Shown piece after piece: positions 24,801 through 36,790 of a stretch of 64,000 nt of DNA (positions are counted from its first letter, which is position 1; the number at the start of each line of letters is the position of its first letter). The notes under the pieces are model-generated. The model ran no database searches and was not told the DNA's origin. It saw nothing but the letters and a program-made list of their open reading frames with translations. Where the stretch lies: positions 1,488,001 through 1,552,000 of the forward strand of contig NC_043006.1 in NCBI RefSeq assembly GCF_006345805.1, in the 5' to 3' direction. The position numbers were made by a program, and so were the translations under genes. Source of the DNA: Octopus sinensis. Its lineage: Eukaryota.

Positions 24801-27800
24801 GGGTTAAAGTAACAAAGTAACAGGAAAAAAAGATATAAGAAAGGAAAAGAAAGAAAAGACAAAAAGGAAGGGGTACAGAGCGTAAGATGGAGTGGGAAGG
24901 GGTGATGGGCTGCATACCCCAGAGCAAGTAATGTGCTCAGCCGTGACCCACGGTAATGACCGCAATAGCATTGTCATAGAGAATGGCCAACAACACTCAC
25001 TCCACTTCATGGGGCATCCTCTTATAAATCTGAGACTCTCTCTCTAAATGACAGAACAATTTCCATAATCGTTACATTCTGTATCTTTTAATCCTATTCA
25101 TCTTGCATGGTTACGGGGGGAGGCATGGCTGTAAGCTTGCTTCCTAACCCTGTGGCCCTAGGTTTCATAGACATAATTGATATTGATCAATTTATTAATT
25201 ATATAACTGAAGTGAAATATAACCAGTGCATGTGCTTTTATTGGCAGTATGACCCTCTCAAAAAACAATATCAGTTTTAATGCATGCTATCATATTAAAA
25301 ACCTTAGAATGCAAAAACAAAAGCAAACATTCATTCACTGATGCTAGACCATATACTTTGCATTGCTCACTATTCTGAAAGGTTATAATGCTTTCATATT
25401 TTAGACACCTGTTGGAACTAATCTTGTAACTCTGGAAGGAAGTAAAGCTACAGCTACCAAGAGAGCCGATGGCAGCATTTTCCTTACTTGTGATTATTTA
25501 AATGATGATCCTTCAGGTAAAATAAAATATTTCGCATAAACTACTCCAACAAATTAATTGAACTCATTATCTGTACCACGGTGTTGCTGGGGTTTTGTTT
25601 GTAATTTTGGGAGTGATTGATAATTATACTGAAGAATTGTCCATACTGAGCTTCGAATTTGTGGTTCCAAAAGTTTCCTCACCATTTTATTGACATAGAT
25701 GTAGCATTATGGTTAAGAAGTTTACTTTGCAATAATGTCATTGTTGGATATGATGGTACTGTGGGATGCCAAGAGCAAGTGGAACTTAGTTAACAGAAAG
25801 TGTGCAGAAACCCACTTACATTGTTTGTGTGTGTGTGTAACAATAGGGAATATAATTCCAAACTTACAGGGAAAAATTCAATTTAGCAATTCTAAATCAA
25901 ATTTCACAATATATAATACATGTATATAATTTAGAGAAAAACCTCTATTAAACAATTCAATAATTAAAGATGTTATTCACACCATATAGAAAACATATAC
26001 TAAAAAACATTCTAAAAATCAATAAAGTACAAAAACAATAAATAATAAATAGTACTCCTATTTACTATTTATTGTTTTTGTACTTTATTGATTTTCAGAA
26101 TAAGGTTTTTATAGTATATGTTTTCTATATGGTGTGAATAACATCTTTCTTTATTGAATTGTTTAATAGAGGTTTTTCTCTAAATTTTATATATAGGTTA
26201 TCCAAAGATATAGTATTAAATGGCCATCACAGCTGATCTTACCAATTGGTTTCATGTAAAACATATGATGGAGTGTTAGGTAACAAACCGATTATATAAC
26301 TTTACACTCATCAGAGTTAGCCGATATGGAAGGGAATAATGTGACCGTTTTCTATTGTTGGAGATGGATTAGCACAACCGGTCAGCAGCTGTTGTGAAAA
26401 TGGTGGTGGGACGACAAAAGGGCTAGGGGATTAGTTTAGGAGTTATGTCCCGTGGTATGCTGTGAAGCCAGCAAGACTTACCTTGAAGTGGGAAAGGTGT
26501 GTATTATTAATGTGGTGCTCCTGTGGAGATGGGGTTTGTAGTATGTGTAATGGTGTCATATGCTTAATTTTTTCCCGGGGGTGTAGGTGTATACAGCTGT
26601 GATGGTTGGTCTGTTTTCTTTCTGTAAAGGATAAAGTTGTGGGCGGGGGATGGAGGTTTATGTTAGTGTGTGGTGTGTGTTGAGGGGGTCTGTGTATATA
26701 TGGGGGTACAATTTGTGTGAAGGGGTATGTGTTGGGGGTAGGGGAAACAGTTTATTTTGTGGGGTGTCCGCCTTATAGGGGTGTGTGCGTGTCCGCCTTA
26801 CAGGGATGTGTGCGTGTGTGTACATGAGTGCCTTGATGTGTGTTTTGGTCAAACTCCTTTTGTCAAGCCCAAGGGCATTGGAGGAAGGTCAAGGCATGGT
26901 GGGGCATGCATGTACACATGGGAAAGGATTAAACACCTCACCCCTGCTGTTCAGGTATACATCCAGGCGTTGGGTACCTTTTAAAATTGCTCTCTTCTCA
27001 GCCAGTCATAATCTGCATTTCCTGAAGTATGGTTTGCATCTGTTTTGGATCTTCCGCTTTATGCTGCACACTATGGTGCTTCCTTTCAAAGTCCAGATGT
27101 GCTTAGCTACAATTGTGATGTTACATCTGTCAGGGATGTTGAATGAGGACTTGTGGTTATCAAAGCAAGTTCTGAATGGGCCCTCCATCAACATGCTCCA
27201 ATGATTCTATCATTTTGTATTTCAGATGTCAGCTCTAGAATAGTCTTTGAGCTGCCAATCATAAATCCCACTCTTGTTGGACAGCCATATCGCTATGGTT
27301 ACGGCACCCTATTAAGAGATACAGTAAGTATTCGTTTATTCAGCTTTTTAATAAACTGTTTTAAGTTTGGGCATGGATAGGTGCAAGTGTGGCTGTATGG
27401 TTAAGAGGCTTGTTTCCCAACCATGTAGTTTTGGGTTCAGTCCCACTGTACAGCATTTTGAGTGTCTTCTGCTTTAGCCCCGAATTTCCCTAACCTTTTG
27501 AGTGGACTTGGTTGATTAAAACTGAAAGAAACCTAGTGACCCCTTTGTTTTGTCCTCATGTGATGCATGAAAACAAGTGCCGTTGTCATGCAAGTGATGT
27601 TGAAGGCATTCCAGCCATGACCATCTCTTCTTTGTTTTGTGGAATAAGGTATCATAATCTGCATTATCCAATGTGTCCATTCAATTTCTTTTTCTTCAGA
27701 TGCAACACTCTCAGAGTGGTTGGCATTAGGAAGGGCCTCCAGCTATAGAAATCATACCAAATCAGATTGGAACCTGGAGCAGCACCCTAGCATATCAGTT

Positions 27801-28539
27801 TTCAGGTGGCGGTGGCGGTGGTGAAATATCATGCAAGGGATATTTCGGTTCTCTTTCTTGCAGGTTACGTGAAACTTTAGAATAGTGTTTCTGAAACTGT
27901 CACTCTTTTTCTTTTCCTAGCCCTTATTCAATGTTCCCTTGCTATGAGTCAGTGCACCCCTCCCCACCTATTACTGAGAGTCAATGCTCCTTTTCTGTTA
28001 TAACTCTCTGAACCCTTGCCCCTAAATTTTTACATCCATATAGGTATATATATAGTCTGATTTATATCACATAATCTCCGAAGAGGCCTTATGATATACT
28101 TATCTACATGGCCGAAACAGCTGTAAGATGTAATCTATATTTATATTTACATTTACTTATATTTATATTCTCTTATATATATTCTACTTATTGTATAACA
28201 TTACTCTTTTATGTACACTTTTTTTGTATACTCCTTTATGTACACTGTTTTGCTCTACTTTTTTATGTTTAACCCTATAGTTTCTTATGTGGTGGTTTAA
28301 TAAAGTATGTGATTGAGTATTACCTGGTAATTGATATTTGATTTAGATGTATTTCTCCATTTTCTTATTTTGAATTATGAATTTGTGGTAAAACATTTTA
28401 CCTTTGCCCATATAATACAGTAAATGAATTGATTGCATCGCAATCCTTAACATTTATGTAATAACCTTGTTGGGTACTTCACTAGCAGTATATTGGATAT
28501 ATGTTATCCCATGGAGGGTTGCATTTACAACCCCTATCT

Positions 28540-28586
<47 letters not shown>

Positions 28587-31500
28587 CAGGCCAGAGTAAT
28601 TTAGTTCCAGGTACTAATTTGATGTAGATAACAACTTAGTATCACCCTACTATTGTGCTTCATATATACTCCTCCACATAGCTACCAGTTGAAATTTATA
28701 GTTGTATTTACTACCATCATTGCCATCAATGGATAGGCAGAGTTTTCTATAGCGGGATACCCTTCCTGTCAACAACCTCCACCAGATTCCATGTGTCATA
28801 ATCTTCCAATCTATTGGACAACAAATAGTTCAGACATGCTTATGTAGAGATCTGGGAACAAATGATGCCAAAATGAGCCTTTTGTTTACAAAGATTGTGC
28901 AAAATGTCGAGTTAGTCAAACAGCCTTGAGGGGGTGAGAGGGCAGGCACTCCTCGAGCTAGGAAGGGGTCTGCTTAGCATAGTTTAACGAGACAGCAAAT
29001 GTTGATAATGGTAAAATAGACTTGAAAAATCTGAGCGTTTTCGGTCAGCAAATCTAAGACAAAATTAGAGAAATGAGTGACTGTCTGTGATAAAAGTTTA
29101 ATAGATGAATGAATCAGTGAATATGTTGCAGTTAAGGAAATGCGTGAACTACGGTTATCTTAAGGGAACAACAAGGAAGACGAGACTATTGAAAACTATA
29201 TTTACCTGATGGCATGGTACTGAAATCGAGAGAATAATGAAAAGAACTAAAGCACAGAAATAGAAGAGGAGATGAAATGAGGTTGAAAAGACTGAAAGAA
29301 ATTTCTTATCTGGACATCACGGATCCGTTATTCTTCAGCAGGGGATTGAAAGCAAGTGGGAGTCCGTATGCGTGCTATATAGGGTGGTGGTGGTGGTGGT
29401 GGAGGAAGTCTTGGTGAAGCAAGTGGTAATCAAAAGAGGGAGATATATGTATATATTGTTATGAGTTTAGCTAGTGCAGTCTTGGTGACCCACATTGGAA
29501 TTATGGTTCCGGCATGTCTGGGCGAAATGTGACAGTCTTTTGTCTAATGGAGGACTAATGGGTTTTGGAATGACCTGTGACCTCGTGCGGCTGAGAAGAG
29601 GGTCAGGAGAATGTGAGAGAGAGGAAGACAGATTAAGGGCTGAGAGCAAATAGAGATAGGTTATAAGCAGTAGGGGACGGATGGAGAGGCCAAGAGACAG
29701 CAGGCGATATAGATAGAGTAAGGAATCAGATAGCAAATAGAAAGGCTAAGAGACAGCAGGCGATATAGATAGGGTATAAGGACCAGGGCAGTTAGAAAGG
29801 GTAAGAGCGGTACAGAGGGAGATGAGGGAGTGGAAGAAGCACAGAGACGAAGTGAGGTCTTGGCAGTCGTTGAGCGGTCGTCGAAGAACACAGACGGATC
29901 TTGCAGTCGCTGGCCGGTCCTCGAAGAAGACAGACGGACCTTGGATTTAAGGAGCAAGCGTTGGAATTCTTAGGAGCAAGTTGGATGCGAGAAAGCTTGG
30001 CGGCACAGAAGGGAATTAGCAGTATTCAGAGGAATTAGCAGTATTGGGAGGAATGGGACACTGGCAGATTCAATTAGGAATTGAGGTATGTGATTTGTGC
30101 ATTGATATGTGTCACGGCGACGGGGAGCAGTGAAAAGAAGAGTAAAGGACTTGTTGATTGTGATGTTTAGGAAGAGACTTTAAAGAACTGTTGTCTTGGG
30201 ACGTGTACTCTTGAATTGTTACATGATGTTGTATTATGCTTTGAGTTGTACTCTTGAAATGCTGTTGTATTATGTATTGAGTAGTCACGTGCATGCTTTG
30301 ATGTATTTGATGTGTAGCAATTAATTGTCGTATAAACTGTTGTTTGAATATAAGCCAGTGTTGCCAGTTGTTGCCTTGCCTCTTTGGGTTGTATCTCGGG
30401 TTGTGCCTCTGTATCTCTGTGCTGCTGAGGTTGTGGCAGTATCTATCTGTATCTCCTCTCTCCGCCTCTTTGGGTTCTGTGGCGGAACTTGTGTGAGCCG
30501 TTCAGGACGGGCGACGACGGGTGATTCCGTAACAACTGGTGTCAGAAGTGGGATTGTCCTGATTGCTGCGTTTCGATCGGTTCTCTTTTTTTTTTCGCTA
30601 TGGTTGTCAGACCGGAGACGAGGAGATTTCGCTTGCCCTGATTGTGGAGATGTTAAGGGGCCAGATGGCGCAGACGGATGCGTTCATGGAAAGAATGGAC
30701 AGGAGGCGACAGGGCCTGCTGGCAGATCAGCGGGGGCTTGAGGTTGCGGATGGGTCAGCTTTGAAGGATCGGTGTTGGACCGAGGATAGCGACAGTCCTG
30801 TGGGCAGAGATTGCCCGTCGAACGAAGCATCGAGGGAAACAGATAGTGAAGGAAGTGTTGCCGAAATCTGTGATGCTGGACCGGCTGTGTTTGCGGAACC
30901 TGGGCTGGTTGCCGAAATTTGTGATGCTGTACCCAAGAAATCTTGTGATTTGGAACCCGTAGAGGTTGAAGTAACCAAAAGGCCTGTGGAAGGTGTTATG
31001 GCTGATGCTGTTGTTCCGTGTCTGGAGCCCTTGGCATCTCGACCCCTGTCTCTCGGAGCTCAGGACGAAGAGCTGACGAGGTCTGGGGCGAATGTCGCTG
31101 AGTCCGAGGTTCCGGCTCTGTGTGTGATGGTCGCGGCAGGTGTTATGCCGTGTGCGGGTCCTTTGGTGTCTGGACCCCTGTCTCTTGGAGCCCAGAGGGA
31201 CTGTATGGTTCCCACTGTGGAGAGGCCACAAGCGTGGATGGACTGGCGGCCGGGCGTGTGTGTTGTGAGGCCTGCGGGACGGAAGCTGGTGAGGAAAAGG
31301 ACCAGGCCCGTTGACAAGGCGAGACGGCTGCGAACGGTGGTGGGTCCACCAAGACCAGGAAGACAGCTTCAGCGTTGGGTGAGTTTGTGGTTGATGGTTG
31401 CTTGGGGCCGGTGGAGCCCGACAGGCAGTGCCTAGTGAAAGCTCGATTGAGGGTCGGGTGGACCCTAGTGGAAGCAGAAGCTGGTGGAGCGCTGGGTGGG

Positions 31501-33444
31501 TCGGCCGATTTATTGAAGGCTGCGCAGGCGATTTGCAGAGGGCAAATCGTGGAACTGCGCCGGACGGTAAACCAGCGGCGGGGTCAGTTCTGCCGGTGCA
31601 GAGATGAAGTTAAGGGAGATCGTGGTCTGCTGATGCAGTTGCGGAAGAGGCAACCGTTGGTGGAGGGTGCAGGACGTTGGTCGCGAGGGTTGTTGGATGC
31701 TGGTCGCACGGACCTGGCAGAACGTTTCGTCGACCAAGGCGGTCGTCGCTTGAGGAAGCAGCGAGGCCGGAGGAAGGCCCCAGTACAGCAGCGCAAGAGG
31801 AGATATCGGCGACGGGTAACAGTGGAAGAGTGGAATGGTCCCTGGTCGTCGGCGATAGTTGCGCGGAATGGAGATGGTACAGCAAGGTGCTACGTGGGCT
31901 ATAGAGCCCTGAGGAAGGTGGCCACTGTGAAGGATTGGCCGGACCCTTCCTGTGTAAGGGATTTGAGGAACTTCCTCGGACGGTGCGCCTATTGTGGGCG
32001 GCTAGTAGGAAGCCTGGCGGTGTTGGCGGTGGTATTGCCCAAGCCGTAGAGGGAAGGTGCCAACCTGTGGCTGGTGCTGAAGTGGTGGCCGTGGGAGGTG
32101 AGACCCCCGGAGGAGAAACCACCCAAGGGGACCCCCAGCCCCTGGAGAGTCTGCTGGAGCTCGCCCTCGGAGGTGCGAGTTTAGTATGTTTTTGTCGGGT
32201 CGACAAAAGCTTAGGTAGGGGGTAGTGTTATGAGTTTAGCTAGTGCAGTCTTGGTGACCCACATTGGAATTATGGTTCCGGCATGTCTGGGCGAAATGTG
32301 ACAGTCTTTTGTCTAATGGAGGACTAATGGGTTTTGGAATGACCTGTGACCTCGTGCGGCTGAGAAGAGGGTCAGGAGAATGTGAGAGAGAGGAAGACAG
32401 ATTAAGGGCTGAGAGCAAATAGAGATAGGGTATAAGCAGTAGGGGACGGATGGAGAGGCCAAGAGACAGCAGGCGATATAGATAGAGTAAGGAATCAGAT
32501 AGCAAATAGAAAGGCTAAGAGACAGCAGGCGATATAGATAGGGTATAAGGACCAGGGCAGTTAGAAAGGGTAACAGCGGTACAGAGGGAGATGAGGGAGT
32601 GGAAGAAGCACAGAGACGAAGTGAGGTCTTGGCAGTCGTTGAGCGGTCGTCGAAGAACACAGACGGATCTTGCAGTCGCTGGCCGGTCCTCGAAGAAGAC
32701 AGACGGACCTTGGATTTAAGGAGCAAGCGTTGGAATTCTTAGGAGCAAGTTGGATGCGAGAAAGCTTGGCGGCACAGAAGGGAATTAGCAGTATTCAGAG
32801 GAATTAGCAGTATTGGGAGGAATGGGACACTGGCAGATTCAATTAGGAATTGAGGTATGTGTTTGTGCATTGATATGTGTCACGGCGACGGGGAGCAGTG
32901 AAAAGAAGAGTAAAGGACTTGTTGATTGTGATGTTTAGGAAGAGACTTTAAAGAACTGTTGTCTTGGGACGTGTACTCTTGAATTGTTACATGATGTTGT
33001 ATTATGCTTTGAGTTGTACTCTTGAAATGCTGTTGTATTATGTATTGAGTAGTCACGTGCATGCTTTGATGTATTTGATGTGTAGCAATTAATTGTCGTA
33101 TAAACTGTTGTTTGAATATAAGCCAGTGTTGCTAGTTGTTGCCTTGCCTCTTTGGGTTGTATCTCGGGTTGTGCCTCTGTATCTCTGTGCTGCTGAGGTT
33201 GTGGCAGTATCTATCTGTATCTCCTCTCTCCGCCTCTTTGGGTTCCATGGCGGAACTTGTGTGAGCCGTTCGGGACGGGCGACGACGGGTGATTCCGTAA
33301 CAATATATATATCTTTCCTTCTCCTATGTTTCCGACGAAGAGCTCCGCTCGGAACGTTAAACCCTCCTTCTTCCCTTCTTTCCTGAGCGTCCAATAATAC
33401 TTTATTTGTTCCACGTCCTTGCGTTTGTGTTTTTTTATTTGGAT

Positions 33445-33486
<42 letters not shown>

Positions 33487-36302
33487 CACACAAGTCAGGA
33501 CATTACATAATATCACAGGTGCAGTGGTTGCCTTTATTTCCTGTATGGAAATAGCCACAAAGTTTGACATTGTCTTTCCAATTATAATTTAGCTAATTGT
33601 TTATCATTTATGTGTAAGGTGGTAAAATTGGATTTTGTTAATTTACTTGTTCACATTTTGAAGTTTTGTCATTATTGTTGATGCTGTTATTAATGTTGCG
33701 ATTGTGGCTACAAAAACAGTTTATCATTACTACATTCAAATGTTTTAAAGTTAATTTTTAAATAAGAGACAAAAGCTAAAAAACCTGTACTTATGCATCT
33801 ATGATCTCCTTCCCTATCACCTTTGTCCCCTCAGTACCCATTTTCCATTGCTGCCCAGGAAGTGGTGCCACCCACTTTAAGGAGAGCCATTATAAAAGCT
33901 TTGTCATTCATTGGCTTTTGTAAAAGTTATGTTAATAATAATAAAGATGACATTATGTATCTGAAAATATCCTTTTTCAAATGTCAGGTTACCAAAATTG
34001 ATACTGTTAAACGAACCAAGATTATTTACAAAGATCCGAAAGGAAATAGTCTTGGAGAACCTGTGTTTGTTGCAGCACCTGATGCCAAAGAAGAAGATGA
34101 TGGTGAGTACTTTCTGAAGAAAAATATTTTTATTTTTTTTAATTGAATTTAATATAAAGAAAAAAACCACTTGATAACGATTTACATGATTTAAATTATT
34201 ACCAAATAAATTGGTGCCATTCTTTAAGTACCTTAGCTCAACTGAAGACGACTTTTATTTTAGAATCACTTTTGACATTAATATTTTCATACATTCAGCT
34301 CAGTCTCAGTTTAAATACAGGATTTTTTGTTTATCAGAAACAGTGGCATTGCCTGGGTTTTAGCCAGCCTATGCAGAAGCCATATTTTTGTTGTAAGCAT
34401 GAATGCATCTACAATGGAAGTGATTGCTACATGTGAAGTGCCTACCTCTACTGCAATTCCAACATCATTCCATGGTTTTTTTTTAGACTCATTGTAATGT
34501 TATCTAGCAGCTGGCTATGACAATCACCTCCTTTCTCCTATTATGACACTGTACCACATTATAATGTTATTACTTATAACAATTGTCGCTTTGTTTCAAT
34601 AATTTTTGAAAATAATGAAGAGTTCAATAAATTAATTCTACCATTATTAAGCTGGTGTTTGAAATACAAATAGGCATGAAATTTTAATGGGAAGTTTTAA
34701 ATTAGATCATTGCGAAGACCTGTTGAGGCAAGTGAAATCCGTTGCTAGTGGAACGCTAAGAGTACCATACGAGGGAGATCGTTGCCAGAGCAACAAGCTG
34801 GCCTTCGTGCCGATGGCACATTAAAAACACCATTCAAGTGTGATCGTTACCTGCATTGCCTTACTAACACTTGTGCTGGTTGCATGTGAAAAAAACATTT
34901 GAGCAAGATCGTTGCCAAAGACGCTGGACTGGCTCCTGTGCAGGTGACACATAAAAAGCACCATTTGAGCGTGGTCGTTGCCAGTACCACCAAACTGGCC
35001 CTCGTGCCAGTGGAACGTAAAAGCACCCACTACACTCTTGGAGTGGTTGACGTTAGGAAGGACATCAAGCTGTAGAAACTCTGCCAGATCAGATTGGAGT
35101 CTGGTTCGCCAGACCCCAGTCAAATCGTCCAACCCATGCTAGCATGGAAAGCGGACGTTAAACGATGATGATGATTTTGGATAGGGAATTTGCATCATAG
35201 AACCAGGAATGGTCTCGGGCAGGTTGGTATCAAACATATCTTTGACTGCAGCAAACATACATATATATTTAAAGTGACCACTCTGTATGCTTTATGCCAT
35301 CACTATTCAAAGCCATCAGTAGATCTTTGGGTGCTTTAAGCAGAGCTCATGTTGTTACAAGCAATGGGCCTATTCTCAGACCAGGATGTGACTTACTTCT
35401 TTCTTGCTGCCAGTCTTGAAGTCCCTGAAAAGGATCATGTTGCTGAACAAGGGGATAAAATAAAACTGAAAAAATTGCCTTAACCGACTGATAAAGCCAT
35501 TATAAAGTAAAAATTGTAAATTTGGATAAATTCTTTGTGGTGATATAAAAATATTGATATTACTTTCATTGGGGAGAGAATATTTTAAAAATATTTATTG
35601 TAGTAGCAGAATATGGGTTTAAATTAAATTGAAGTAAAATTTATTTTAAATGTTCTCTCTCCAACAAAGAGCTTTGTACAAAACATCAGTAACAACATAT
35701 CTTCTCATGGCATATAATAGGATACAGTATAAAGTTCCTTCCTGAGTCATATAAACTCAAAGGGCTGCTGTCCCGTTTGCTATGCAATATAAATTTCCCA
35801 CCTGGACAGGACACTGGTCCATTGCAGGATCTACTCACTTTCGCCAGCTGAGTGGACTGGAGCAACGTGAAATGAAGTGTTTTGCTCAAGAACACAATGT
35901 ATCACACAGTCCAGGAATCGAAACCACAATCTTACGATCATGATGCTGACACCCTAACCACTAAGCCACGCACCTCCACCTTGGCATATGGACTTGGTCA
36001 TATTTGCATACTTAGCAAATGGATTTTTCTGCCAATCATCTAAGAGTCTGGTTTTTATTTACAATTTCATAAAGATTCAGACTTGGTTCTATGGTCAGAA
36101 TGTTTGCTTCCCAATCTCATACTTTTGGGTTCAGCCCCACTGTATATATATATATATATATATAGGATTAAGGTAAAAGTTTTTATTTTTCAATCACTTT
36201 CGGAATTACAACAATTAGTGGCTTAGAGTTTAACTGCTCTTTCTAGTGAGTCAGATATCCTATTCGTTGGGTATCTCTTTTGTGTTTGAATGTGCACTGT
36301 AT

Positions 36303-36366
<64 letters not shown>

Positions 36367-36790
36367 CAAAATGGGACAACAAAACATCCAGATAGACGAT
36401 ACAAAGAAAACAAGGACGGGTCGTTCGAAGTTTTGTATCACTTAGTTGTCCGGATGTTTTGCATTCTTGTCCCATTTTGTATGTTATATATATATATATA
36501 TATATATAGCAGCATACGTACACTTTGTTCTCTCTCTCTCTCTCTTTATATATATATATATAGACATTTTGCTTGAAAATATTTTTGTTGCTATCATTCT
36601 TAATATATCTTATCTTATCTTTTTTTTTTTCTCAGGTGTATTACTGGTTCCGGTAATCAGCATTGACATTAACTCACCTTGTTACTTGACTATTTTGAAT
36701 GCATCTACAATGGAAGTGATTGCTACATGTGAAGTGCCTACCTCTACTGCGATTCCAACGTCATTCCATGGCTTTTTTGACCCATCGTAA
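11665..36790 (+). CDS. Spliced carotenoid cleavage oxygenase gene (beta,beta-carotene 15,15'-dioxygenase / BCO1-BCO2-RPE65-NinaB family), 5'-partial, 9 exons
   Basis: Exon lengths 259+142+148+209+249+112+98+115+155=1487 nt join in one frame (1 nt comes from the missing upstream exon). Motifs: PSWLNGSLYRNG, HLFDG, PDPCK, TDN, TAHP, HSFG, FHFIN, FELP, EPVFV, EEDDG, FHG. All introns are GT-AG. Confidence 0.93.
11960..12522. repeat. Compound (GTA/GTG/GCA)n microsatellite
   Basis: Seen directly in the sequence. Confidence 0.95.
12746..13132 (-). mobile_element. Short Penelope-like insertion with a 12-bp TSD
   Basis: CATCTATTTATT at 12734-12745 and 13133-13144; degenerate hammerhead; terminal 34-bp hairpin. 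Confidence 0.7.
13165..13685 (-). mobile_element. CR1-type LINE 3' end
   Basis: YPERL..LG...L..RR...; same family as 16945-17457. Confidence 0.85.
15160..15745 (+). mobile_element. SINE family 2 with three tandem body units of about 185 bp
   Basis: GGTATTTCGTCTGCC...AAAGAAATA occurs three times. Confidence 0.8.
16036..16177 (+). CDS. Carotenoid oxygenase exon B (FFSYFKMDEFTDN...TE...DPDSLDPVDT)
   Basis: ttctag acceptor, gtaggt donor, phase 2 to 0 fits neighbours. Confidence 0.92.
16945..17457 (-). mobile_element. CR1-type LINE 3' end
   Basis: TRGH..K...RKHFFTLRV...WNKLP C-terminal motif. Confidence 0.85.
17780..17927 (+). CDS. Carotenoid oxygenase exon C (SATAHP, first Fe-ligand His)
   Basis: ttccag acceptor, AAG|gtttgt donor. 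Confidence 0.92.
22464..22672 (+). CDS. Carotenoid oxygenase exon D (YSHSFGMSENYFIILEQ, second His)
   Basis: tgatag acceptor, gtatgt donor. Confidence 0.93.
23966..24214 (+). CDS. Carotenoid oxygenase exon E (FCFHFINSFEE, third His; RYVLPL)
   Basis: tttcag acceptor, gtaaga donor. Confidence 0.93.
24401..24619. mobile_element. piggyBac-type MITE
   Basis: TTAA|CCCTTT...AAAGGG|TTAA. Confidence 0.7.
25405..25516 (+). CDS. Carotenoid oxygenase exon F (TPVGTNLVTLEGSKATATKRADGSIFLTCDYLNDDPS); absent from the ORF track
   Basis: ttttag acceptor, CAG|gtaaaa donor, family NLVTL..ATA motif, phase 0 to 1. Confidence 0.9.
25920..27195 (-). mobile_element. Penelope-like element 3' fragment (GIY-YIG C-terminus, hammerhead, fold-back)
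   Basis: F...NHKSSF...KHIWTLK...Y..CRL..EK..I...LNSRGE; hammerhead at 26224-26329; inverted arms of about 130 bp. Confidence 0.8.
26224..26329 (-). ncRNA. Type I hammerhead ribozyme with a long stem II
   Basis: CUGAUGA-GUGUAAAG...UUUUACAU-GAAA-CCAAUUGG-UA with an imperfect extended stem I. Confidence 0.78.
27226..27323 (+). CDS. Carotenoid oxygenase exon G (FELPIINP...YRYGYG)
   Basis: tttcag acceptor, gtaagt donor. Confidence 0.92.
28074..28129 (+). ncRNA. Type I hammerhead ribozyme (CCGAAGA core)
   Basis: AUCU-CCGAAGA-GGCC..GGCC-GAAA-CAGCUG-UA-AGAU. Confidence 0.75.
29457..33302 (+). mobile_element. Non-autonomous Ty3/Gypsy LTR retrotransposon in an oxygenase intron
   Basis: Near-identical TG...CA LTRs at 29457-30534 and 32226-33302. 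PBS TGGTGTCAGAAGTGGGAT, PPT before the second LTR, ATAT flanks. Pol remnants PWSSAIV...YRAL and KDWPDP...LRNFLG. Confidence 0.93.
30537..30554 (+). promoter_or_regulatory. Primer-binding site complementary to the tRNA-Leu 3' end
   Basis: TGGTGTCAGAAGTGGGAT lies 2 nt after the first LTR. Confidence 0.85.
33988..34102 (+). CDS. Carotenoid oxygenase exon H (GEPVFVAAPDAKEEDDG)
   Basis: tgtcag acceptor, gtgagt donor. Confidence 0.93.
34400..34587 (+). pseudogene. Partial duplicate of the oxygenase terminal exon plus the start of its 3'UTR (possible alternative last exon)
   Basis: Close copy of about 36696-36880, with the reading frame kept. Confidence 0.85.
36636..36790 (+). CDS. Carotenoid oxygenase terminal exon (GVLL...IPTSFHGFFDPS*, fourth His)
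   Basis: Strong polypyrimidine tract plus cag acceptor; TAA at 36788-36790. Confidence 0.93.
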
